Source: Phoronis australis
Lineage: Eukaryota > Animalia > Phoronida
DNA: 64,000 nucleotides
NCBI GenBank assembly: GCA_002633005.1
Contig: NMRA01000331.1
Location: 196,542-260,541 of the forward strand
Reading direction: 5' to 3'
Shown: positions 14,173 to 28,060 of the stretch, piece after piece
Layout of the letters: the number at the start of each line of letters is the position of its first letter
Numbering within the stretch: position 1 is the first letter of the stretch
Notes under the pieces: model-generated
The model's database searches: none
The model's input: the letters and a program-made list of their open reading frames with translations, nothing else
Told to the model about the DNA's origin: nothing
Program-made: the position numbers and the translations under genes

Positions 14173-15505
14173 GAAAGAAACAGTAACAAATACTCCACAG
14201 CGTTTGGTAGTGAAAAAAAAACTTGTTTTCGTTTGACCAGAACCAAGCCAACATGAGCAATTTTGAGGATAATCACGGCCTCTGCACAATCACCTGTTCT
14301 GGGTCGACTCATTTAACGTACGTACATATGCATTAACGCGCTAAGAAAAAGAATATTATTACTTACTTTCTACAAAATTGTGGTGCATTGCTATCTAAAT
14401 TCGATGTCAAATTACGATCATTTTTCAGAAAATTGTGCTGAAATCCCAGGGCGAAATCTCGCCGACATGATGCGTAGCTGCCGGTCTCGCAATCGTCGAT
14501 GGGGCTTGAATTCTTGAATAAGAATACAGCTTCGGCTCAACAAATTACCTGAAATCCTCCTCAGGTTTTCCAAATAGCGTGACTAAGATTTTTATGTTCT
14601 TTTGGAGTCTGGATTAACTGCAGATTAAGTCCAAATCTGCGCTAGATTGTAGCCCGCAACACGAGAACAATCTCTGGAGGAACAAACATGTTGTTGTCAC
14701 TTGACGTTTGTTTTGAAGTTTGTATGCGTGTGTGTGAGAGTAAGCGTGCGTGTGCTTGTCATCAGAGTTCATTTGCCAGAGTAAATGCGATGTAAAGATC
14801 TAGGTGTGCATTTAATCCAAAGAAATTAACTCAAGCAGACAAGCAGAGCGTGTTTTAATATTTAGCTTAACACGTGCTGGCCTCATTTGCTAAAAAACGT
14901 TGAACTTCGAGAATTGTCTCGGTAAGACCGATATGTCACTCGCTGAGTCGCCGGGAGAGTGGATGCGTGACCGTAGTGTAACAGCTATTTTCCGGAGGAT
15001 TCGGGGTGTAAGGGTTCGAATGTGTTCACTATCTGTGGGTCATTTTGATTTTAAAAACACCAATTATGATTAGTTAAATAATTTCTCTTAAAAATAATGC
15101 AAAAGTTTTTTACGGTATTAGAAATTTTCTGAAATTAGTGCCAATATTTATTTCTTGCCGATGCTATGTTACCCGTTTCATGAATAGATAGTTCCCGACT
15201 AAATGTCTTCGATGACAACCGGTTCATTATGCAGCGCGCGCTTCTTGGCCGCGTGCTAACACTGGTCGAGTTTTTTTTTATTAGTCTTCGATTCACGGTT
15301 TTCACGTGTACAAAGAAGTTTGGATTCCTGTTGAGGCCGTAGAAGATCTGTACCGGAAAGAAACAATGCAATCCCACTGACAAGTACGCTGCGTCTGTTT
15401 TCGAAGTCCAGGCCCGCGAAGTTGGGCACATCCCTCGCAAGAGCAGCAAAACTTTTGCGTTCTTTTCGAATCGCGGCGTAAGTTAGAAGTGTATACGGAC
15501 ATAAC

Positions 15506-17164
15506 TAGGGCGGTCGAAGTCGGCCATTTTGTTTTTGGATGGGTCATTTTCAATGTACCAAGTTCCATTTTCAAAAATTTTTATTAGTTAAACTTCACAT
15601 TCTTAAGCTACAAAAAGTAAAGTAACAGATTCTCAAATAAACGTTCTAAACGTACAATAAATGAGTCTGACCTCTCTGCCCACTAAAGTGTGAAATTCCA
15701 CCTTTGAATGAAGGTCCAGGTTCAGGAATCCCAGTCTCGTGAAACCGCGGCACCGACAAGTAGGCATTTTTCAGCTCTTTGCGCATGTTGGATTCACCAG
15801 CTGGGGGGGTGCATTAAATGTTTTTATATAAAAGAAAGGTCAAATTTTCACTTTCCGGACGAAGAATTTTTAATTTCGTCCTTAAACATAAAAATTTTGT
15901 TAAATTTCAACTTTAGAGCAAAATAAATACAAGTTAAANNNNNNNNNNNNNNNNNNNNNNNNNNNNNNNNNNNNNNNNNNNNNNNNNNNNNNNNNNNNNN
16001 NNNNNNNNNNNNNNNNNNNNNNNNNNNNNNNNNNNNNNNNNNNNNNNNNNNNNNNNNNNNNNNNNNNNNNNNNNNNNNNNNNNNNNNNNNNNNNNNNNNN
16101 NNNNNNNNNNNNNNNNNNNNNNNNNNNNNNNNNNNNNNNNNNNNNNNNNNNNNNNNNNNNNNNNNNNNNNNNNNNNNNNNNNNNNNNNNNNNNNNNNNNN
16201 NNNNNNNNNNNNNNNNNNNNNNNNNNNNNNNNNNNNNNNNNNNNNNNNNNNNNNNNNNNNNNNNNNNNNNNNNNNNNNNNNNNNNNNNNNNNNNNNNNNN
16301 NNNNNNNNNNNNNNNNNNNNNNNNNNNNNNNNNNNNNNNNNNNNNNNNNNNNNNNNNNNNNNNNNNNNNNNNNNNNNNNNNNNNNNNNNNNNNNNNNNNN
16401 NNNNNNNNNNNNNNNNNNNNNNNNNNNNNNNNNNNNNNNNNNNNNNNNNNNNNNNNNNNNNNNNNNNNNNNNNNNNNNNNNNNNNNNNNNNNNNNNNNNN
16501 NNNNNNNNNNNNNNNNNNNNNNNNNNNNNNNNNNNNNNNNNNNNNNNNNNNNNNNNNNAACTTTTTTTAGCCGAGTGTAAGATCACCTGAATGGGAAATT
16601 CACAGTAAAATAATTAGAATATTCCTAATATTTTTTGCCCAAAAACATGAAAATTGATCAGAGTTCCTTTTTTGTAGCAGCGTTTGTCAAAATGTATCAA
16701 CGTTAAATCTTCATAAATTACAAAGTAGCCGGTTGAACATGCCTTTCAGTTCAGCAAAAGTCGCCATGTTGTCGGTGCCGCCGGAAATGAGACTAAGTCC
16801 AACGGGAATTCTCAGCACTTTTATCACTCAATAAGTAAGAACTGCGATGCTTAAATTTGGTGAAAACTAGTGAATCGCGCAGAATAGTAAGTAAAGATAT
16901 ATCTCCCTAATTTTTACCGTAAATTATCGGCGAAAATAATTTATACTAAGTTTTAAACTCGTAACTTATTCCGCTGTCGTCCAAGATGGCCGAACCGATC
17001 CAAACAAGTGACCCAAATTTCGCCACAAAAATTGCAATAACTTTGCACTGCTTGGCTCGATTTTGATAATTTTTCGATTTTTATTGAGTAGGATGCATTA
17101 TCTTCCCGATGATAGTAAAGAATTTTTTCAAAACGAAAAAAAAAATTTTGGTTCGACCGCCCTA
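15506..17164. mobile_element. hAT-like non-autonomous TIR element spanning the first gap
   Basis: Perfect 13-bp TIR TAGGGCGGTCGAA / TTCGACCGCCCTA flanked by direct repeat ACATAAC (15499-15505, 17165-17171). Confidence 0.75.
15939..16558. other. Assembly gap (620 N)
   Basis: Run of N. Confidence 1.
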
Positions 17165-18639
17165 ACATAACGAAACTATGTGTTTAATACATTACCTCTG
17201 TGCGTTATATATCTATTATATATATAATAAATGCATCGATCAAACAAACTCCGCCTCCCCGCTCCACTACAGACTTTCGTTTGCGCTCATTTCGGCACCG
17301 CCTTGGTCCCAGGTAGTGCACAGGTCCTGTATTTAGATTCGAGGTGTTCTATTTTTTGCTCATGGGTCTTTTATTTGCAGACGCGGAGGGAGGGTGGCCA
17401 ATTTCGTAACAGACTTAGTGACGTCAGTCCGTCGGCTTAATTTCCCTCTATCTATTTGTTCAGGCTTGTAGCCGCCAAAATCAATGATGTCATTAAAATT
17501 ATACTTTTCTTTTGAGTAAACTTAATCATTTAACGATGTTGGAAAATTTCTACCGTTATTTTGCTCCTAAAATTGTGGTGGACTCTTTTGGGTCGGCTTT
17601 CTGCGCCATTGTGTCACCTATTGGCCAATTTCCCTGATTCTTCAATCAACTGTTCTTCTCTTCCACGAGGTTGCGTACATGTCATAACAATAGGAACTGC
17701 TTCCATGCAAGTTTTAGTATTTTAAAACAAGTAATTTGCTGCGAAGCTGCCATCATCTCTCGAGAGATATCGCAAAATTTCAGTACGAAATGCGCGTGTC
17801 ACTAGCGCATTGGTTTCAAAACGACAACAGACTTTCTTTGTTACAAAAGGCGGAGAATAAAGCAAAAATGGCGTTCACTTAAACGGCTGCAACGAGCAAG
17901 GTGAGTGTCTGTTGATTCCCATCTGCATGCATCCCCGCCGGTCGTTAGCCCTACATGTTGATATAAGTTTCACGACGAGTCGATGAGTTGAGCTACCCGG
18001 GTTGTTTGAAGTTTCGGTGTTGAGGAGTCTCTACTCAAGACACAGTATCTAGCTGTAAGTTGACGATAGTCTTAATACAGCTAGCTAGCTTGCTATCTTA
18101 GTATGTACATTTATGATGTGACTTTTGAAAATGCATTGTATACTTTGTGTACAATGGCAGTATTTTAACGCTTCCGTAGTAAAGAATAGTTGATTGCCAT
18201 ACATTATGTTACGGCAGGGTCAAATGCTCTGGAAAGAAAAATATTTTTACTGCCGGGGGAAAGAATCCCGTAGCCGCACACCTTGCCTAAATCTGACAGT
18301 AATTCTGATTGAAGCTTTAAAATATAGCAGTCTCTTCAAGAAATATCACTGCCTCTTGCGACGAACACTAATATGTTCACTTGAAGCTGTAGCTATTTCC
18401 GCCTCGGCATTTCCCATACACAAACTGTCACGGCTAGTGCAATTATTTATCATGCCAGTGTACTGGGTGTTTTAGATTAGAATTCAATATATTCCTGTAC
18501 TTAAATACATTAATTTAGTTAATTTATCAAAAAATTAGCTCGTAAATAAATTGAGTCAATTTTAACTAACTTGTGCATTAACAATTTTAGCATATTCAAT
18601 ATGTATCGATTTTAGGACATCGGTCAGTCTATCGGTCAA

Positions 18640-18915
18640 TCTATCCATTCATCCCTCCATCTATCTACATGTATATATCTATCTATATCTATCTATATCT
18701 ATCTACACGTATATATCTATATATATATATATATATATATATATCCATATCTATCTACATGTATATATCTGTCCACATCTATCTACATGTATATATCTAT
18801 CTATATCTATCTACATGTATATATCTATCTATATCTATCTATAATATCTATCTATAATATCTATCTATATATGTATCTATTTTTTATATATCTTATCTAT
18901 CCATCCATCGATCCA
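18640..18915. repeat. Compound (ATCT)n/(AT)n microsatellite
   Basis: Directly visible. Confidence 0.9.
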
Positions 18916-21900
18916 TCTGTATTTTTATTTACCTTATACACTGTCGTGTAATGATGTGTTTTACTTATCATTCAATGTTTGTGATTCTAAGTTTCATATT
19001 GATATGATAAATTCTAAATTTGCTAATGTATGCTTTGTGTATTTTAATCAAGTTTGTCCAAACGGACTTTTGTATGAACAGTGTACCTCTTACAAAGGCC
19101 TCCTATGATAAATCCTCCGTACAATTTTTATACTTCAATAATTCTTATTTGTGATTCTGATGAATACATCAACCTCCTCCCTTCGTTTTCCTCCCCTTCC
19201 CTACCTCGCAGTCCCTTCCACCCTTCCTGCCTCACTGAGTTTTGCCCTCCCGCTCACATAATTTTGTCAAACACGAAGCAGTCAATTAGCTTTTATGACA
19301 GTAAACTTAAGTTTGTCATACTAAGCGAAATGCGATTTTCGTGTAAAGCTCGTCTAGGGAATATAATCATAGGACTCTGAATTATTTAACAGAAGAAATG
19401 TACCATAATCACGAACCTGTAAGTAAGACATGACCACCAAGAACGTTGGTTCAGGATTTTTGTTAAATGAAAGGGATCATGATTACTCTCAAGTGGATTT
19501 GAATTCGTCAAGTGATGCTCATCCTTAACAAACCGATTCGCGAATACAGCACAATTTTAGGTTGTTGCTTCAAATATTCCGACTTGATTGAAAATAAAAA
19601 ATGAAAGTGTCACGCAGCCCTAGTTAGCTCAAGCCGAAATTACAAACCTCTTAGTGGAATAAATCAACGAGAGAATCTTTCCCTTAAAGTAATCGTTATA
19701 TTGCTTTAGATCTACATGTAATTAAGAAAGCCAACTCGCGATGTTAAAAGTCAAAAGTTGGACTTCTACTTGAAAACATGGACCACAACAAAGGCACCCA
19801 TCTGAAAACGTTGATCAAACAAGTGCTTCCACGTGAAACCATCAACCAAAGCGATGAATTTCAAAGATGGCGATGCATGAGGCACAACAATGGCGATTAG
19901 AAAATGGTGCAACCTATTTTTTAACTTGTTATACTGTACGTTTTTATGAAATACAAATTGTGAAGAAACTTGTGACTTAACACCAACGGCATAGCCTTCG
20001 ACATGCGTGCTGGCAGACAAACACAATTTTACGACTTAGTCGTCCAGCCAGTCAGCGAAGCCTTCGATCTTCTGATAAAGAGTGCTGCGTTCAAGAAAGT
20101 TTGAGTTCCAGACTCCCGTTGCCGATTCCGTTTCAAATACGTACTTTACGCAATCTTAATTCATTTTCTACAGTTGGTTTAGCAGAAAATGCGTCATGCA
20201 CCTTAAAATGTGGTTTTCAAAAAAAACAGATAAAGTAAATAGGTGTAAGGCCATGACTGTGGTATGTAGGTACTTCAATAACTGAAAAATAACGGTACGT
20301 GTCAGGTGTGATGGCAATTGTGTGGAGTAACTGAGGAGTGATTGCCACGAACACTGTCCAGGAGGTTTGTTTTTGTTTGGCATCTCCCTTTTTCCGGTGA
20401 ACGTATGAGGCAAAAAGACATGTCTTCGTTAAATTCCTCATCCTTGATAAACACCACTTTCTGTAAATTATGTGTTTTGGGGTTATCTTGAGATGTAGCT
20501 GAGCTAAAAATGAGGGCTTTTGCTGAACCAGACTTGTCCAGATCAGCCACTAGACCAGCCGGAAGTGACGCAGTGACCTGGGTTGCGTAAGCGGTATTTC
20601 CTTGTGTTGTCATATTGTGCGTGGTGTTTTCTCGTAGGTATAGTAACAAATGAATGACAAGAATCGTACAGTGGGATCATCAAGTCAAAAACATAATGGT
20701 ATAATATCTAAACTTATTCGGTTTACAATAACGAGGTATCTTACACGTTATATTGACACGCTTCTTATAACTTGTAACGTGCATTTGAGAGCATTAAAAA
20801 TAAGGCCTTTATGGAGAACAACAGGTATATTTCTTTGCCTTGCCAAGGAAAATCAAAATTTCGAATACATGCATTTTGCATTTGTTCTTGTGTCCAATCT
20901 GTTAACGGCGTTCGCAATTTGCAAATAGATCCCAATACGGATCGCCGGTAAACAATTACAGTAGAATGTTGAGAACGCCTCTTAAGTCGAGGCGCTAACT
21001 TTTAAAGTCGTGAGATCAATAATTCTTGATTTCATGTGGAAAGTCTTCCTTTGAATTTCGAATTGCGAGAAAAGGGTTAACACTGATTTGGTCTTTTAAT
21101 TAGCAACTTTTGTTTAATGTAAGGGAAGAATTATTGCTGAAACAATATGTTGACTCTTACTGCTAAACGAACAATGAGTCAAATCAAAGGATACTCATGA
21201 ATATGACAAAAAATCATTCACTTAATACAAAGGTCCTTATTAATTTATAGGCAGTTATGTATATGGCAATCAGACGACGAGATCAATATACCGAAATGTC
21301 AATGAAATGTTTTCAATTAACTATGAATCACGCACTGGATCCTTCACTAAGTCGTTAACACAGATGGCGAATGTTTTGCAAGCCATTATAATAAAGACAA
21401 AATCATAAATCTCTCTTGACGTTGCTCATGAAGAGCACCAAATGTAATATCTGTAATATGATCAGTTTCAGAAATGTGAATAAAGGAAGTAATTATGAAA
21501 AACTGGCAAGAAGTTACCAAAACGAGACTTCTAAATTTCTAGGTCAACTTTACGACAGCTCATTTGCAAGTTTTAGTGAATCCGAGCAGAAACAAGACCT
21601 GGATATCAAGAGACGTATTTTCATTTTAAAATATGTTGCCAACATACATATTTTGTTTCAATTTTAATGTAACACTATACAACAGTACACGTGTTACAAT
21701 TTCAAACCGTTAGGCTTCAGAGCTGGAGTCTAATCTCTGAACCCGAAACTCGACTCGAAAAGTCACCAGTTGCATATCACGCTACCAGTAACTCTCAAAT
21801 TTCTACTCGAATCATGCAGTATAATTGGTTATATTTCGAATCTGTGTTTATACGTGGAGTCTGAGTTCGGAGATTAGATCGTGCACTCAGATGTTCATTA

Positions 21901-23164
21901 ATGTTTGCTGTGTTGTCGTTATTTGTTTGCCAGTTACTTTTGTTTTGAATGAAAGCCTACTCTTTTTAAAGAGCCATTTGGCACCCTATCATTTTCTATC
22001 ATATTTCTGTGACATGCGGCGTAGTTAATGGGAAGTGGCAGCAACTTAATCCATTGACCGTACAATTATGTATTCATTATATGGTATGTGTAACGTGGGA
22101 TCACAGTATGATGGTTCGTGACACGTTTCTGCTCGAATTCACTAAAACATACAAATGAGCTACTTTTGTATTTGTCCTTGCTGTTTCGTCTGCAGCTCAT
22201 TAAATGCGCAAAATATACGACGCGTTTTTATGTGTAAGCCGTGTTTTGTGAGTGCGTAACCGTGATCGAGTGCGTGAGCCGTGTTGCTAGGGTAGCTTTT
22301 TTGTGAGGTCCTAAAAATGTACAAATATGGCTATGTTCGGGACATCAAATCTCAGGAATGGTTGGTCATATAAAAATAAAACTTCAAGTACTCTGGTTTG
22401 TAATAGCAAGATTAAATTATACAAGTTTTCTACTTTCAGAGAGCATACTTCTAATAATTACTTACTATGATTTTGTACATTTTTACTAAACGCGCAGACT
22501 TTCCCATATACTAACATATAGCAGAGTATCATGAGCATTTAAAACGAACTAAATGGAACAACGGTCTGAAACAAGCTCGTCCGATACTATACAAGTGTTG
22601 GTTTACTATACAAGTGTTGGTTTGCATTCAAATTAGTACAGTTTTCAGGCACACCAGCTTATTTTGGGAATGACACTAGATTTTGTAGTCGATGCAACAG
22701 AATTTTAAAACCAGAACAATTAAAAAAACTCCACGTAGGTCCGTCCACGCAATGCGATTTTATGTTCTAATTTGAACTTTTTCCTTTTAACACCTGAGTC
22801 ACGTGTTGTGCACATAAATGCGCACACTCAATTGCCAGCACGATGCAAGATGTAGTAAATGGAATTTTCTGTAATATTTAGTATTATTTTAACCATCACT
22901 GGTGTTACGGTTTCGCTTAAAAAGCGAATGAACATGCAAGATGTGTTCACACAGCTAGAATTTACATTTAGGACCAATAACGTTTTACGCTGTATCCCCT
23001 CGTTACATGGTTTCATGATTTGTGATTATAAGAGCAATCCCTGCAAATGGAAAGACACTGTCCCAAACTGTACACACATTGTTCAACGGTAGGAGACGTT
23101 TTGTGGCAATATTCCTTAAGTTACAGAGAATTTGTTATTTTGTCAGCAGGCAGTAGTTGTTTTG

Positions 23165-23460
23165 CAGTCATTAACATTGTTCTCGTCATCGTCGCCGTTG
23201 TGGTCGTCGTCACCACCGCAATGATGATAACCATTACCAACTTCACCACTATCATCACCAATAACACCATCATCATAACCGTAGTCAACATTACCATCAT
23301 CGTTGTCGTCGTCATCAACACCACCTCTACCCATCGCTATCGCCATCGTTATTATCTTTGTCGTCTCTCTCGTCAACATTGTGGTCACCGCCAAGAGATT
23401 AATCTGAATCGTCACTACTGTCATCATTCCTTCGTTATAACTGCCATTCCATCACTATTG
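23165..23460. repeat. Degenerate (CAT/CGT/CAC)n low-complexity tract
   Basis: Trinucleotide periodicity; explains overlapping V/T/I/D-rich ORFs on both strands. Confidence 0.85.
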
Positions 23461-23923
23461 CCTTTATTATAATCAGCCCCTAGCCTCACTGCTGTTCATT
23501 TTCTTCTCCGTCCAGTTGAGCGTCAACTCGCCATGATTAGGATTATTGTCACCATCACTGGCACTGGTCAGCATCTTCGTCATAGTTATGAATTGCACAT
23601 ATCTCTTTGTGATGATGACATGGATAAAACTCAATGATTTGCAAATATCTTGATATGAGCGCTCATCAAACTGACATGTCTCGCCTCGTTCATTAATAGA
23701 CAATTCGGTTCCACGAGTACAGTGAACACATTTGCTACCTGTCAAGCAGATGGGACACCTGTCACATAGGCGGCGAACAACCAAAAGCTTTTTTCGGAAG
23801 ACACATTAAACAACAACAATGAATGTCAGAGGAAAGCAAGTTACAACGTCCGTAGCCATTCATTCATGAACACAAGCAAGCTTCTCACACAATCTTTCAC
23901 TGATTTAAAACTAAATTACTTAC

Positions 23924-24647
23924 TGGAATAGTATAAACCAATCTCTTCTCTGGGATCAAAAGTTTGGTACTTTGGCTCATACTTGAAATAAGACCCAATT
24001 ATGTCGTTGTTGAAGGCGCTGATTCCGTAGTGAAGTCCGTCCGCAGCTAAATGGCAGAATCTTCCCATTACGTAATCCTGGCCATCTGGTTCATAGACGA
24101 TCTTATATTTTTTCCATTTGTAAGACGTAAACAATGTTGCCAAATAAAGTGATAGTGAGTTGAATGATGGCCCGGTGTTCGTCATCAGAGAAAAGACAGT
24201 TTTCTTTTTCACCGAGAATTCCCTGGCTAACGCCCCAGCAGTTATCAACGGAATGTTCCAGTAACGAATCTGTCTCGCTATGGGGGCCACTGCATAATCA
24301 CACCCAGGTCCAATAAATACGTCCACGGATCCAGACATATAAAAGTTAAACGCTTGATTTATCCCGTGAGCTATATCGCATCGCGTGTCCGCGTATTTCA
24401 CAAGAACTCTTTTCCCTCGCAGAAGATTTACGTCCTGTTTTACTCTCTCAATAGACATATTAATAGCTGGTGCCACTTTCTGCTTTTGGAACAAAAACGA
24501 GCTACTGTAAGGTAGCAGAACTGCCAACTGCACTGTGTCGTTTTCTTTGCCGTTGGTGTAAGGTGCGATAATAACTTCATCCAGTTCTGCACAATGGTTC
24601 CCATAAAGCCCCGCAAATAGCAAAATGACGAAAACCGCCATCACCAT
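23924..24647 (-). CDS. Natriuretic peptide receptor / receptor guanylyl cyclase-like protein, first coding exon (signal peptide + N-half of ANF_receptor domain)
   Basis: Hydrophobic leader MVMAVFVILLFAGLYG, then LAVLLP, VAPAI, YADTRC, VDVFIGPGCDYAVAPIARQIRYWNIPLITAGA; perfect donor A|gtaagt at 23923, 724 nt, phase 1. Cannot tell cyclase-bearing from clearance-type from this exon. Confidence 0.88.
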
Positions 24648-26109
24648 TTCAGTGGTTTACGTTTAGTCCGACGTAAACTTGCGTATGTCTCAGCTCACAT
24701 TAACAACCTTCATTCAGTCGCTGCGAGTTCTTCCACCAGTCGCAAATCCCCATGTTGTCGTTTTCTGTTGATTAACGAAGAAAGCTTTGACATCAGTTTC
24801 GAAGAGATGGTCGCGTTCTAAGGCTGACTAGTTAGCTCAACTTGGTAATTATCTAGCCATTAAGAATGATTTCGTTAATCAGGAAACTTGGTTACGTCGT
24901 GTCCACAGATTCAAATGACATCAAATGAATAGCCCGAGTCATTAAAGTGTTCCCAATATGCATTTTTGAAATAGTAATTTTTTGCTTATCAGAGATAAAA
25001 TACAACTATTTTCAGAAATAAGAAAATACAGTATATTTTACGACGTGATGTCGATGGAACCAAATCAGCGAAAATAATTTTGAGGTAAAAAGTAATCTGT
25101 GGCTATTGTTGATGAATTGCAAATGAAGTGCGTTCACGACTAAAACGTTCAAACGTTTCATTTTTAAAAGCTTAAACATCGAAGGCAACAATTACTTGAT
25201 CCGTATAAAAATCCGTCAATCAGAGCCGAAATATAGCAAATAACATGTGAGGAAATAAGGACTAAAGACAGTGCAAGCTAATAACGATCCAAACCAACGT
25301 TGCTTAGTCACACCGAATCGGTCGTTGTTATGGCGATAAACACGGAACTTAGAACTAAAATGTCGACTGTTGTGCTACTGCTTGAAGGAAAGGTGAAAAG
25401 TAAAATTGCTAAATTGCGATGACACCATTAAACCTGGTAAACATTGGTATTTCGGTGTACGTTGATCATTTTAAAGAGGCGTGCCAAAATATTTACCAGT
25501 ATCTTTAGCAACAATTACAGTAAAGTAACCAACCTAACGCAGCTCTAAGCAATATTGTGAATCATTTTGATCAATTGTCAGAAATACTCAGTTGTATAAG
25601 ATATACTATGCTTTTAAGTGAGGTCTGTCAACGTTTCGAATCTTAGCGGTTGCTAGGAAACGCGTTTACCATAGCAACCACAGCATTATTGGGCTACATG
25701 CAAAGTTTGTAAAGGGTCAACTACTATTGTAAATTATCCCCAAACGTTGTATTATATTGTACAAGCATTTTGAGGTTGTTTTAGATCAACTATGTGCAAA
25801 ATTTGCATCTTTTCATGGTAACAGATAAGAGGCTTTTAACCATAGCAAGTGTATTCAGCACTGGATCAGGGCAGATTGCGAAAATCTCGATTTGTATTTG
25901 TGGGAAATGTTTTGTGTCATGGAGAACAAACCAGTTAAGACCGATGTCATGTTTTATCCAAAACAGTAATTTCAATTTTCTATTATCGGGGCAAAACTCT
26001 ATTATTCTTATGAATACAGTATTGGGAAATCTCTATGAATTGTATAATTCATTATCAAATTGGTTCAGTTATACTATACCAAGTATTTACAGAAAAAAAA
26101 GTCTCCGTT

Positions 26110-27100
26110 GCCAGGAATGACCCAAAACAGTCTCGAGATACGATCGTCCAAACAGAACACACCCCAGGCAGGTACCATAGGGACGCCATTGTTTATAGTT
26201 GACCCAGACAAACAACGCATTACTGTGCCTCTTTGGGATCTTTCGGAGAGAAAAGCTGCCAGCCAAGCCTGAAGAGAGGACATTGATGTGGTATTTCCAT
26301 TTTTCAGGACAATTCCATGCTAGTCAGCAAGAAAAGAGGGGAAGTGGCAGAGTAACAGGCCTCTGACTATCCCCGTGTTGCAATGCAGAGCTTCCAAGGT
26401 GTTGTTGTAATCAAAGATTACAGTACATGGAACTCCATCATTGGATATTGCACGCGTGCCGCAATCAACACTGTTGGCCGAGACGTCACTATTTACTTGC
26501 GCCTGGTGAGATGCACGTTTTACTTCAGGCTGGCAAATATGTCGGCTGCTTAGTTTTGCAATGAAAGAGAGTGTCTTCCTCTGGGAATGTCAAGGCTGAG
26601 CTTCAACAGATACTAGATCAGCCAATCACATAGGTGTCAAGGTCATACGACGCCTGTTAGCAAACAAAATGTCAGTCCTCTTGAGTGAAGAAAATATCGG
26701 ACATGCTGGTATAGGAATGAAACAGAGCTTTAGAAGTCTTTAAATGGCCGGGATACTTCCAAATTCAAGTCTTTTACTCCAGATTCTAAGGGAAAGAACC
26801 TTCTTATTTAATACAAAATGCAAACAATTTGAGTAGAAAAACATAGGTCAAAGGCCCAGAAAGAATTATTGGGCCTTATTATTGATTCCGTCTGCAGCAA
26901 CTTGGCAAGAAAACAGATCCATGTCTGTTGTGTATGCAGCTTCCATGCCAATTTTGATTTTCCATACAAACTGATGCGCCTGCCTTATTATCTGTTTTCA
27001 ACATAGCCTTCAACAATCATGTTGGCGTTGTAGTTAGTAAAATGCAGTTGTTGAAGAAGATTTGTTGATCAACAGTTTTGCGTGGAATTTGTTGATAATG
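26110..27100 (-). mobile_element. Highly decayed CR1-like RT fragment
   Basis: LQAWLAAFLSERSQR...TINNGVP(Q)GT.LG-like motifs with frameshifts; boundaries uncertain. Confidence 0.45.
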
Positions 27101-27454
27101 CAAACCCTGTTTTACAGGACATGCTCTGGGGTGAGTTCCGTAAAATTGAGAAACTCGCGAAGTAAGATAATGTAATCACATGCTTCGCTTGTAATACATA
27201 CCGATACCTCGCAAAAGTCTTGGGTAATAGTGCGAAGACCTAGCGTCTAATGAACGCACGTCAGGTCTGTATTTTGAAGAGTCATGGAACGCGAAAGCTC
27301 ATAAAAAATATCTTTCAAACAACTCCTGACGAAAGTACCATCTTGCAACGTTTACTACAGAGTTATTCACTTTCCCCTGAGGGAATTTCCAGAAAAAACA
27401 CAAAATTCACGATTATGGGCTCAGGAAAAACTCTGTGGTCAGACCTTGTAGTCT

Positions 27455-28060
27455 CTCTCCCACTAGGGGGTACTCTGGTATTTGTATCAGTTCGACACTC
27501 CTTATTGTTTATTGACGGCTCCATAGGAATACATCTTTCAAATTTTACAAAGCTCCTTCAAAGGTTTAAGGAGACGGCCGCAGACGCAAAAAACAAAAGC
27601 TTCACTAGAGGGCAACACAGTGGTCTAACAGTCATGGCCTTTTCATTAGGAACACATTTGTAAATTCTCATAATGATCCTTAAAGCGGCATGGTAGATAG
27701 GGAGGTGGACGCCAGAAAACGGACACAAAAATAACAAAAATTTCCACAAGGTGGCGTAAAATTCGTCGAATTCGTCCAAAAATGGAATGGCATCATCGCC
27801 TTTGTATCAAAAACCTATCTGTCGAGTTTCATGAAATCCATCAAGAAGCTCCGAAGGTACAGAAGCAAACGTAAAAAAATAAAATTGTCACTAGGAGGCA
27901 CAGCGATATTCGGTTCGGTCCGAAACTTGTCGTCATCTGTCGTCAGCCGCATAAAACACACCTGTCAAATTTCAGTAAGATCCGGCAAGTGTTTAGGAGA
28001 TGCGGACGCCGGACGCCCAGACTCGCGGACGCCCAGACAAAGATGTGGGCGCATAAAAAT
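27455..28060 (-). mobile_element. Helentron/DINE-1-like element (copy A), truncated
   Basis: Four diverged subunits, GCGGACGCCGGACGCCCAGAC tract, end ATGTGGGCGCATAAAAA near 28042-28059. Confidence 0.7.

Noticed and set aside
15900-16586. 228-aa and 258-aa (44746-45522) ORFs
   Set aside because: Artefacts of N runs.
17867-17906. Plus-strand first exon (AAAATGGCG...AAG|gtgagt); similar at 1321 and 2458
   Set aside because: Early stop or no downstream exon; probably TE-derived.
23047-23472. Hydrophobic/acidic ORFs resembling membrane or biomineral proteins
   Set aside because: Trinucleotide low-complexity tract open in several frames on both strands.
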